52,003 nt of DNA from Atractiella rhizophila (lineage: Eukaryota), in NCBI GenBank assembly GCA_021432655.1, contig MU271263.1:62001-114003 (forward strand), read 5' to 3'. Positions 27,206-38,841 of the stretch are shown one piece after another. The first letter of the stretch is position 1, and every line of letters begins with the position of its first letter. The position numbers were made by a program, and so were the translations under genes. The notes under the pieces are model-generated. The model ran no database searches and was not told the DNA's origin. It saw nothing but the letters and a program-made list of their open reading frames with translations.

Positions 27206-27922
27206 CCTCTATGCACATATTTCTAAACTTAGAGTTATCATCTCTCACGTCTATCAGTGCTCCTTGAGAGGACTTTGGCACTAACCTGGCTCAATCACGA
27301 CTGCGTTCGCGATTTGTGCCGAACTTTCCAAAGGAAGCAAAAAAACGAGCACACATGGGGCAATACGCTTTCAGTATAAGTGCAAAGACTCACAAAGTAG
27401 CAGTCTAGAAAGGGTTTTCGCAACGGTCGCCAGTCGTCCGTACGACTCCAACTTGAATCCAGGCGCGAAAAACTAAGGAACAGAGGTCGAAGGAGAAGCG
27501 GTGAGGGCGACCTTCAGACAGTGGGATTGGGGAGTTCAGAGCGGAGGTGGGTGAACACTAGTAACTTGCGTCCGAACGAACGACCTTCAGTTGGGGCGAA
27601 TTTTGACTGCTTTTCGGCTACGGGAATTCCGATCAAGGAAGTCAACGTTCGAAGAACTCAATCTGGCTCGATGCTCAATTGTTTGATCCCGTCTGAGGAT
27701 ACAGGCTTTCTCTAGTTCATTACATAATCGATGAAGCCATCCAACTATTGCCTTACGCTTAAGCGAAGGAGGTCTTTCAGTATCTCCTTCAGGGCCTTTT
27801 GGGGTGCCTTGGTATGGATAGTCATGATTTTCAAATCTTTCTTTGAGATTTGTCAGTTGGAAGAAATACATAAACGTCGTCAGCATCGTCAGAAATTCGA
27901 AATCACGTGTGCAGGCAGGGGT

Positions 27923-29131
27923 TCAGCTGCAATAGGGAAGGATGGCAAGAGTGTTGTAGTACTGCATCCCAGATCATATCCTGTCAGCAAGCAAGCGAAG
28001 TGAAGCAAGAGAGGCAGCTGACAGTGGTGTGAGCAAGATTGATGCCGTGAGTCAATATGGATGCTGAGCAGTTCGGATCCTGCAAAAGCGGGTCAGGTCG
28101 CGTGCGATGAAAATGGGAACAAACCTCTCCGTCTGCTGCACAAACGACAGTGTTTGCTGCAGTTGCTGGGAAACCCTTCGTCCAATATTCAACGCCCTAC
28201 AAACAACTGGTCAGACGGCGGAATGAATGCTCCAGTATCAGTGCGTACGTGATGTCGATAGCCTAGGAAAGTGAACAAGAGAGTCGGCACGCCGTCGTCG
28301 ACATTCACTCCTCGTTTGGCATCCGCTCCAAACAACGAATTGACCCAAAGAGCGTATTCAGTGTTTCCAGTTCGAGGTTGACCATAAGTATACATCCGAA
28401 CTTTCCTAGACAATCGTCACGCCAATTGCTACAGGAAACCAAAGGGATACGGACTGTTGAGGGAAGTTGTACTTCATTGATACGCCGGCCAACGAACTGA
28501 GAGCGCCTCCTAAAGAATGGCCCGTCGTGACTATGGTGTAGTCAGGGTGGGCTGCTACCTGCGTCTTGACACTAGCGATGACGGTTGAAGCAATTGAGTT
28601 CCAAGCGTCCAAGAAACCTGGGATGGCCGTCATAAAAGGAAAAAAAGATGAAGGGGATATACCAGAGTGAACCCAAACATTGTTAGCAGGTGTAACTCCG
28701 GGGGACGAGTAGCGCTTCTGGAGAATGTTGATGCTGCAACGTTCGCTTCAGTAAGATGGCAGACAGAAGAGTTGAAAAAGACACACTCTGTGAAGGCATC
28801 ATCGATTGTGTTGCTTCCTCGCAGAGAGATCACTATCTCCTTGCGAACGTCGTCGCGTGCCACGAATCCCTCGGTGTCGGTGTTGAGGTTTTCAAGATGT
28901 AGAACGAGAGTGTTCCCATTAGGCTTGGCGCACGAATCGCTGTATGCGGAGGAGGCGTAGCGAAAGTAAAATTGCAGCTCGTTATACACCGCTGCAGAAA
29001 CCATCGATTCCTAACACTTAGAGAGAGAGAAGAAACGCACAAGAAGACACCCGCTTTTGCAAATCATGAACGGGAGCAGCAAAGGCGGCTGAAAGGAGTG
29101 AGAAAGTTGTGATACCAGTGAGGAAGCGCAT
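27923..29131 (-). CDS. Secreted class 3 lipase (alpha/beta hydrolase), multi-exon
   Basis: Signal peptide MRFLTGITTFSLLSAAFA. Motifs IVISLRGS, GFLDAW, TGHSLGGA (catalytic Ser), YTYGQPRTGN, DGVP, GYRHH and AHTTYY...CS*. Confidence 0.93.
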
Positions 29132-31948
29132 AATCGCAATTCTTGACGCTGACAACTTTCTCCTTGCTGCAGGCTTGGGAGATCCAGGGAGCTCTCAAGG
29201 AAAGACACGAGTACGAGCTCCTTTTAAGAAAGTCCCCTCAATCGGGGAAGGTGCTGGTCCTCATGCTTCCTTATCACCCGACCCTCGAAAGTTGTGGACT
29301 GACAATATGGAAAGACGTTCGATGAAGCTAGCCAGAAGCTTGGTTGTGGGGGTGGCGCGTACTCATGAAGACGCGGGGAGAGACTGAGCGCATGGCTCGG
29401 GTTCGATGATCAAGGGAGGGCGGGGTAAATGCCGTGCAGGGTTCATGTGAGTCCGCCTCGCCGAACGATTTCTCTTGCTCGCTCAACGCGAGGGAAGCGA
29501 GGAGGTTCAGAGGAACAAGTGATCAGGAACCTGCATTTCCAGCCCCCGACACCAGAGTGCATCCTTTGTGTTGGTGGAGATCTTGCAGAAGGCGGAGGTG
29601 GAGCCGTCCGTCCCACCAGTTTGACAAAGCTGTATGGCAAACTAAGAACACAATGATTATGTGTTGGCCTAGGGATAGCAACAGTGAAGAAGATCGGAAA
29701 ACCTTTGCCTCAAGACACCATGCTCGGCTGGTCTTACATGGTAACTGGCCGGGTCTGGCAAAGGAATAGCGCGAGGAGGCAGCAATATTGTCTAATTTGC
29801 AGGGGTATCCCACCTTGCAGGAAAGGTCAAAACTGCGATTTCTGAGAACAAACCGAACGAAGAGAGGAGCATGGTGGATGCCTCAGGAGGAAAATGACAT
29901 TCGGGAAGCTCTGCATAAAAGGAATCGTCTCGCTCGTCCGAAAGCGGGATGACTGTCTATGGTCACATGATGTCCTTCAGGAGTACTTGTGCAAAACGGA
30001 ACGCATGGGACGCAGCGTGCACAGCGATGCTTTCGTAAAAAAAGCCCGCTAGATAAGGCTACATGGCGAAAGGGAGAAAGATGTCCTGGCTTATATAGGC
30101 GTAGGCTAGGACAACGACTTCTGCGATCCCAAGGCCACAAGGCCGACTTTCCATCTTGAGTAAAGAGCAACATCCAACGGCTAGCGGTGAAATTCAATGA
30201 GAAAAAATTCAATGGCGAGGAGAGATCTCCACAAGGCTCCTAAACACACCCTACACGAATATTCCAAGAGAACTTGAAATGCCTCTACTTGCTAGTATGG
30301 AGAGAGACTCGGAGCACTTGGAAGCTGCTTAGCGAACACTGAACACGCACATTTCTTCCCCTTCGCTCACGGTTCGGTCTCACGCACTGCTTCAATCCAA
30401 CGTTCAGCCTATCCCAAACAGCGCAAAAGCCATTACATGCTGAGATGCAGTATATTGGAGGAGGATGGTTGTCGAAGTCGAAGGAACTGAAGGAACTTTC
30501 GGATGCTTCGGTGCATGTGAAATATGGGTACCACGCACGTGATGCAAGCGCGTTCCCTCTAGCTTCCTTGGCTTCCCTTTCATAGATTATCGACTATGGT
30601 TGTCAATGTACAGATCACTTATCCAATCGATCAATCGTTCAATAGAGAGTGCTAGCGAACGCCAGCAACCACTGAAACAAAATGCACACACACTAAATAA
30701 GACTGCGGATCCGGCGGTCGGGATGTGACGAACTTTTTCTGTTATTGTCGCTTCTTTCTGTGTCTTCGTGCTCTGCTCCGTCTATCTCGCGTCTTTTATC
30801 GCCAGGAATAACAAGAGAGCAGCCATAAAAGGCTATAGTTGACGTGGTTATGCACGTCGCGTCCTGATTTCAATAGCAAGCCTTCGCGAAGCAGAGCCAA
30901 ACAACTCTGAACTCTGTTTTATTGATTCAAGTCCTTCAGAAGGGGTATTATATCCAAGAAGATTCTGGGAGGGAAGTAGACATGGATGCCCCATCTCTTC
31001 CTGCGTCGCGAAAGGGGCATCAAAAGATCACTGGTGTAGTGTCACAGAAGGCACCGATCATCCTGAAGGAAGAGGTGGACGATGTCACGGGATGTCAAGA
31101 CGCGAAAACAAATCCAAATATGGGCGCATGTTTTCACGTCTCAAGTCTGCGCGCTCATCACATCCCTGCTTTTCAAACGGCCGTCCCTGCAGCATCATCC
31201 CCATCTTCGACTTCTTCGAGTCTCTTCCACGGAAAGCCCGCCAAACGACACCCCTTTGGAGGAGAGAGGACCAACGACTACCGGCCTCCCCCTCGCCTTG
31301 CTTCTTCCAAGACGGCACTCACTAACGCGAGGACGCTCCACGCGACCGCTCAGACAAAAAAGGTCCAAAGGACGCAAGACCGCCCCCTGCTCCTCTAAAG
31401 CCCACAATATCCCTCCTTGGACCAGATACCGAACTCGAATCGCTCCTTCACCAGGCAGATTCTTTTCTGTCAAACGTCCCGGCATCCTCAACTTCAAACG
31501 CGCCATCACACTCAGCCCAGAACTCGAGAGACGGAAGGAAGAAGTTACGGATCTCGATACCCCCTCCTCTCTACGTCGACGTCAAGAAGCCGGATCGTCG
31601 AGGAGAGCCAGAGAAAGAGAACATACCCCCGAGTCCAGCACCAAGTTGGACGTCCGGATTCTCGTTTACGAGCTTCAGCAGCTTTGCGAGTGTCAAGAGC
31701 CGCGTAGAGGGGAAGGTAAAGAGTTTCTTTGGTACTGGGAACCCGAACGTAGGTAGGAAAGAAGGATTGGAGAGAAGAGAGCGGAGGAAATTGAAAAAGA
31801 AGTCGAGGAGAAAGAAGGAAGAAAATCCAAACAGAGGTTCGTCTCATCTTGTTATCGCGACGGATTTCTGGGTGCTTCGGCGCGTCTCGCATTCTTCATT
31901 CCTTTTCTCGTATCCGATGGAGCAATAGCTGAGTCCGTTGTCATTCAG

Positions 31949-34900
31949 CTGCAACCCCGCGCGCTTCACACCAGTCAAATCGCATCACCCCCGCCCCTTT
32001 ACCTCCCTTCTCTGCGGACGACTCTCCCACCTTACGCCCATCTCCGTCTTACTCACCATTTCACTCCCCCATTACCTACCCCACCATATCCACCCCCAAG
32101 AAATTCTCTACTCACCTGCTGAACGCCCACATCAACGATTCCCCTGCTGCTTTTTTGGGTGACGAAACCTTCGACAGTTTAGAATATACCTTTCATCAAG
32201 ACCCGGACGAAGAGGACGTTACGATTACTTTTATACCTGTGGAGAGTAAAGGAACAGAAAAGGGCGAGATGACCAACCGCGAGGCCTTCAAACCTGTCAA
32301 GCGAAATATCGCCCTCACCAATACAAATACCAATGCTGACCACTACGACATGTATACAACCACGACAAATACCAACGCCAATATCGTCACGACAGCCAAC
32401 CCGAATACGTCAATGATCAATACAAAAGGGACGGAGAGAGAAGCGTATAAAGAACGAGAACTAGAAAGGGGTGTGAAGAGGAAGGAAGTGCCAGCGTGGA
32501 ATCCAAGCCCTGTTAAACCGAAGAAGGGGAAGATGAGGACTTCTGGATCGATGGAACGAGGACGGGAGGAGGAAAGGAGACAGGGGTTGGAGGTGGTGGA
32601 AGGGGCGAAGAAGAATGATATTTGGAGTTGGACAGATGAGGTCTTAGCAAGCAAGTACGAGGTACGTGTTTCAGTATTTATTTCCTTTCTGTGCAGGAGA
32701 AGCTGATGTGAATTTTGTGGCAGTTTTGCAAGGAGATTGGATTCGGGAACTGGGTACGTCCATGCTCGTCGACGTGATGGGGACATTGTTAACATTGAAG
32801 GTGACAGGGCTCAGTCTGGCAATGTCGACTGAAGCCAGGTCCATCTCCACTTGCGGATGACACGCTCCGTCTCTCCTCACCTGAACCAACCCTCAACCTC
32901 TCCCAGCCCGTGAAGGCTTTAAAGCTGGTACATCGTACGAAGACTCCGACCACTGCAGCAAGGATAAGGAGCCTGTGGACTGAGTTCAAGGTGATTCGAC
33001 GCCTGAAGGAGGTTGGAGACGGGAAAGGTCATCGAAATGTGGTGAAGTTTGAGGAATTCGTCATCACCCCTAGCTATGCCATCATCGTTATGGACGTACG
33101 TGTCTCTATTTTAATAGGTTGCCTTCCTGATCAGAATCGATAGTACCATCCGAAACTCATGCCCGTGTGCCTACCCGAGAATGTGGCTAGGAAGTACTTC
33201 GTCGGTTTGCTGTCTGGGCTGGAATTTTTGCATGCGAATGGGATATCTCATAACGATATCAAGCCTGTATGCCACCTCTTGTCTCCCTTCACCTATTCAC
33301 CAGAACTACTCTAGGCCAACATCCTCCTCTCTGAAGATGACGAACCTATTCTCGTCGATTTCGGCTTCGCGCAATCGTACGACCTTTCGGGTGAAGGCGC
33401 GAGGGAGAAGGCTTTCAAGTCGTCCCTTAGCTGGGGTACACCGGAATATCTTTCCCCAGAACGGTGTCGAGGTGAATTGCATGACGAAGCCTTAAGCGAT
33501 ATTTGGAGTTTGGGAGTAACGATGTACGAGATGGTGGTCGGAAGGACGCCTTTTGAAGTTAACGAAGAGGAAGAGTTCTTGAGTAAGGAGCAATTAGATG
33601 AGTACTATGATCGTACAAGGAGAGGGGAATTTTTGGGACAGATCCAAATCTCGAAAGGTTTGCGCTTCGTCCTCATGTTTTGGGAGGATTGTTGACAAGG
33701 CTGCAGAGTTTACGCATCTCATCAAGAGGATGGTAGAACCAAACTCACTATTCCGCATCAAGTCTTGCGCCAGGTGCTTAAGTCTCGGCTTTTTCACTCA
33801 CAAAGCGACGCCACAGAAGCGCCAACGTGCGTTCCTTTCCCCTTTCACCGTCAGAGTTGATCGTCGCAATAGCCTCCTCATCCAATCTACCACAATCTCC
33901 AGCGACACTTGTCAAAAAGATAACGCACCCTTTAGCAAGCCCTACCAACACTGGTGGTGCCACCCCGACGAAATCTAAGTTCCCTGGGGCAGGTACTCCT
34001 CCCAACAAACGTGGTATTAAAGTGTGGAAAGACAAGGATGCAACAGGTCAGTCTATCCATGTTTCTTCTCCGCTCGAATTATTAAACTAACAGGTTGCGT
34101 ACTGAAGACACACCGAAATCTTTCGTTGGCACGCCGAAACGGGTCCTTGCTGACCTCACGTCTTCAAAGGCCAATGCATCTCCCGCTCGCTCCATCACCA
34201 GAGCTGAGATCTCTACTCCTCTCTCAACCAAGCGCCTCAAGCAAGTTCCTCAGGATTCGGCCAAGAAGTCAAAGATTCCTATGCGAAAAGGCGCTTCGCC
34301 TATTAAGATGCATCCTTATCCCAACAATATAGTCGTCGGCGCGGTAATGGTCGAGAGCCCGTTTGGGGTTAATGTAAACAAGGAGAGGAAAAAGAGGAAA
34401 GCTGCCGACGACAATGGGAAGGAAAATACCGATGGAAGTAGAGCAGCTTGGAATCGATCTCCAACAAAGTTCGGGAGGATGCCAGCGAGAGCAAAGAAGA
34501 GCTTGAGTATGTTCACATCAGTATTCTTGTGATATCCTAATCACTCTTTAGCTGATCCCCAAACCTCTAAAATTTTTGTGCCGACTGAACCTGAGCAGCA
34601 TGGCGTCCTCTCAGGGTTGGCTCAGTTGAAAGATTCATCGCAGACCCGCACAAACAAACTTACAAGTATGTTTACCAAGTTCACTTGTATCATTTTTCAC
34701 AATCCCACTGTAGAAACACATCCCAACTTGAAGGAAAAACCGTCGACGCAATCCATCACGAAAGCATTTAAGGAGTCCATTCGCTCCGCCTCTCGCAACC
34801 TGGCGCGGTCCCCAACCGACGATCACGGCTTACTGACCGCTGGGGGGAGCGAGTTAAGGTCACCTTCGCCAACAGGTTCGTTCATGTGATATCTAGTTCC

Positions 34901-36396
34901 AGGAAACGAATAACATGATGTTCAGACATGCTTGATGCTCCATCCTGCACTGCCTCAGAGGGTTTGCAAACCCCTCTCATCAGCCCGGAAGATGTTCGTC
35001 GCATCGATTACGAGAGTGAGCCTTACCTACGTCTTTCCCGTTCTCGTTCACGCTAAACTATGGCGTAGTTGACCAAAAAGCCTTGTATGAACGCAATCGA
35101 ATAGCATCTGCACAGAAGCAAGATATTCATCTCGCCCACTCGTCCCGTCGACGAACTGCAAGCCCCCCACCAGCAGACGACACGACTGACAACGTCGTTG
35201 TGCGAAGGATTCGGCCGTCTCTCGTTCCAAGTTTCGTTCAAGCGTCTTCCCAGCAAGCGGTTGTTGACTCTATGCAAGACCGGCAATCGTTGCGTGATAG
35301 TCGTAGCATGCTACAGTCTTCCGATGGTGACTCCAGTTCTGCCTCCGACCTATCAGAGGATGACAGAGAAGGAAGACGATCTTGTCTGTTTTTTCCTACA
35401 ATGACAAACGTATTACTGACCACGGCTGCAGCATGTCCAATACCTGTTCCTATCCGACGAGCCTCTGTCCGCCGCCTTCCCTCCGTTGTACTTGATCGCG
35501 ACCCTCACATTCGCCGCCATTCACCATGCACTTTCTCAGTAGATGACATAGACGATGAAAACAATGACACTGTCACATTCCCTCGGTTAGTTGTATTTCA
35601 TTTTCTTCTTTTTGGTGCTTAGCGAAGTTCAGTGTAACATCGCCTGTGTCTCAATGGTCTCCCGATACAGAAGAGTTTGACACGCGAGAGATCCCATCTG
35701 CTCCGATGAATACTAGTCAGAGCACATCTAGCAGCCGTGGCATCTATGGGCGGTTCGTTTCACTCTTTATGAAAGGACTGAAACTCAAGCCGTCTGTCTT
35801 AGCTTCATCCAAGCGACCCCCGGCGTGGATCGTTCACATAGTCCATTTGTCGTAAGCAACGACGCCCTCTCCGCCATCGTACACAACGGGGATGATAAAC
35901 AGGCTTCGTCCCGACCTGTCTCTCCTAATGGACCGCACATTGTCTCTCGCCCAAAAACCCCATTTGCGATGTTGCGTTCGCTCTCCCGCGCTCCACGTCA
36001 TTATCGCACTGCGTCCGCAGCCGTCCCAAAACCTGAACAGACGGCGAAGCGGCCCACGCATCATAGATACGCAACTGGAGACTGGAATATGAGGGAGTTG
36101 GAGCGCCTTCACCTAGGTCCATCAGATGATGACGACGAGGAAATGGTGGATATCGAGGATGATCCACCCCGAGATGTCCGTGCACAATCGAGAGCTTCCC
36201 AGCGGTCTATTAGTAGCAGGGTATTCAAATTCTTCAAGGGTTCCGAAGGTGAAAGCCACAAGTTTGTCCATTTATTCCCCAAATGAAGCACTCAACTGAC
36301 CGATGCATTTATTGCAGTGCCACAATTTTGGAACCCCCCAAGAACAAAAAAAGCTTTAAATCGCTGAAACGGATGGTCAGCAAAATTGTAAAGTAA
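31949..36396 (+). CDS. Ser/Thr protein kinase with long low-complexity N- and C-terminal regions (multi-exon; true start probably upstream, possibly ATG 30982)
   Basis: Motifs [46 protein letters not shown] and DIWSLGV. The last exon ends SKIVK* at 36396. Confidence 0.85.
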
Positions 36397-36580
36397 CGCC
36401 TCAATACCTTGATCCTTTTCTCCCATGCTTGTTTCTTGTCTAAATGAAAGCTCTTTAAGCTTCTTTCACCTGTTTTACGAAGCTGACGTTTGATTTGACG
36501 AATTATCATGCCTGCCACATGTTTCTCTGGCTTTCTGGCTTTGTTTCTTTGTGACACGAAATTTTGAATTGTTGATTATT

Positions 36581-38297
36581 TCAGCGGAAAGTTCGTCTTA
36601 TGCCATCACTAACCCTCACGATATTCATGAGTCTTCCCTGTTCAGTTGTTGCCATACGCCAACAACTAAAGCAAACGGTAAACCTCACTCGCTCCCTAAT
36701 ATATTTCAGCAAAAAAATTGAATTGTCCAACGAAGCATCCATCTTCGTTGGAAGGAGGTTTGAGCTTCCTTTGTGAAAATAACCTATGTTAAAACAACGG
36801 AGCTGTTCAGCCTCAAAAGGCAATGTTCGGAATGTCTGCTCCAAAGCGTATGAGGTTAAGGGGAAGTTGAATCATCCGCTTCCAGTCTGCGATCCAGCTG
36901 TTGCGATGTGCAGTTTCATTACTGATAACAAAGCATGTGAACCCTCTCACTTGGCGAGTCTCAGATTTCGTCCCTGGATTTGCATTGCCGACAAAAACTG
37001 CGCCAAGATTTGGTAATGTTGTGCGCTGTAAGGATGAAACGACCGTCATAGTCGCTAACAGGGCGCACGCAGAGATACCGAAGCGTGGATTCCAGTTCGT
37101 GAATGTAGGAGGCTCGGGAACGTCTCGGATGTAAGAGCGCCTCCAGCATTTAGATATTGCCTAAGACGCTGATTGCAAGATGTGTCAAGATTTGTCGGAA
37201 GCGGAGTATAAGGTCGCGCTGTTCTTCCTTAGGATGGAATGATACTATGTCATGCCACTGGATCTCAAGGTTTTGCAAAAAGCCTTCCTGAATGAAGTCG
37301 CCAAAGGTCTCCGGAATCACGCCGCAATCAACCAAGGCAAGATGCCTTTTTCGAAGAAGTCACGTTTTGGAATTGAGAGAGTTCAGAGACAAGGCTTATG
37401 CACCGCAATTCTAGCAAAACAAGATTTCGGAAAATGGTGATGTCTGGCCCGATTGCGTCGAAAGCTACCCTCCTCAAAATGTTTTCAGAACCATGATCAT
37501 GGAACACAAAAAGCCGCTCCAAATTGAGCAAATGAGGCAGCGGATACATCGTGGAACAGGCATTACATCCCAAATATTGGAGGTTAGAACATGCCTGGAT
37601 AAATTCATTTACTTGAGATGTCTTGCGGAACAGGAGTTGCGGCAGAGAAAGTCTGCGCAAGGTTTCGACACTATTCCAGAAGCAATAAGAAAGTAGAGGA
37701 TGTGAATCGGGACCGTCCTCTCCAAGGATTTCAAGTGTGAACAGGTTTGCAGATAGGCAACAGGAGTCTGGAATCCGAAAATACCGGAAGAGCAAAGAGA
37801 GGTGTCGTAGTGCTTGCAGGGATGACAAACCGAACAGAGCGTGGCGACCTTCTCCAGTGAAAAATTCGTGATTAATGGTACGAGTTACTGCGACAAGTCC
37901 AAGTGTAAGTGCTCTGGAGAAGCGAAAAGTCGCCCAAAAGCTTTGAGAGCGAAGATTATCAGCGCTCCACAGCATATGTAGCGACTTCAAGCCAGGAGTC
38001 TTGTCCAGAACTTGGAGTAATTGGCTGGGTTGCTCGTGCTCGAGGTTTTTGACGAAGAGAGGTTTTCAGACGTGCACAAATGGCTGGCTGTTTAAGGAAG
38101 ATAAAAGCAGATGGAGATGTCAGAAGTATCTTCCTTCGAAAGATGACAAGGTCGAGAATGTCGCGGAAAGAACGACAAGTTCTGCGGAGAGCGACAATGC
38201 TGACATTGTCAAGATTTTCGTCCATGCAAACATGGGTCAGTATTAGTTCAAGTAACTAGGGTGGCAGCCAGTGTATGTCAGTCGCTCCTCGTGGCAT
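36581..38297 (-). pseudogene. F-box/LRR-like pseudogene
   Basis: MPRGATDIHWLPP*LLELILTHVC...ALRRTCRSFR has a TAG at 38256-38258 inside the F-box LPxE motif. Further frameshifts and stops fragment the downstream LRR-like segments (LRHLSL, LRRLSL, LQYLG). Confidence 0.75.
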
Positions 38298-38841
38298 ATT
38301 GCTCTGCAAAACCGAGAATCAGCGTGTTAACCGAATCGATGGAGCAACGCTTAAGCATGTGCTGAGAGGACTTTGTGCTCCCTTTGATCAAACGCAGCTC
38401 AAGGCAGCTCTGATTCTCTTTGGATGTAGAGCACGGTAACCCAATGCGTTGACACTTAGCAACCCGTTCTCGTGATAGCGAGCCTGGGCCGCTCTTTCAG
38501 GGATTGATTCGCTTGGGAGGATAAAATTATCAAGATGGAAGACACAGCTACTGGGCATAGCTGCCATAGCAGTGTATCTCTATCTATCATCAAAATTCAA
38601 GAATACGGAGTAATACTACTACTAGTGAGTTAATCGTAATAGCAGCTGCGCTCACAGGCAATTTTTGGGCAAAACAAACTGAGGACTTCGAATGACAGAA
38701 AGCAGAGAGGGAAAGGGTGGAAGAGCACAACCGGAACTTTAGTCAGGCTACCAACTCTTAGTTCATTCTCTGACATCCACAAGACAAGACAACACTGTCC
38801 TCCAATTGGCCACAAAGTAGTTCCCTCAGACTCACTTACCA

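Noticed and set aside
29200..30900. Cluster of short overlapping ORFs
   Set aside because: No motifs. Consistent with the intergenic region between the divergent lipase and kinase genes.
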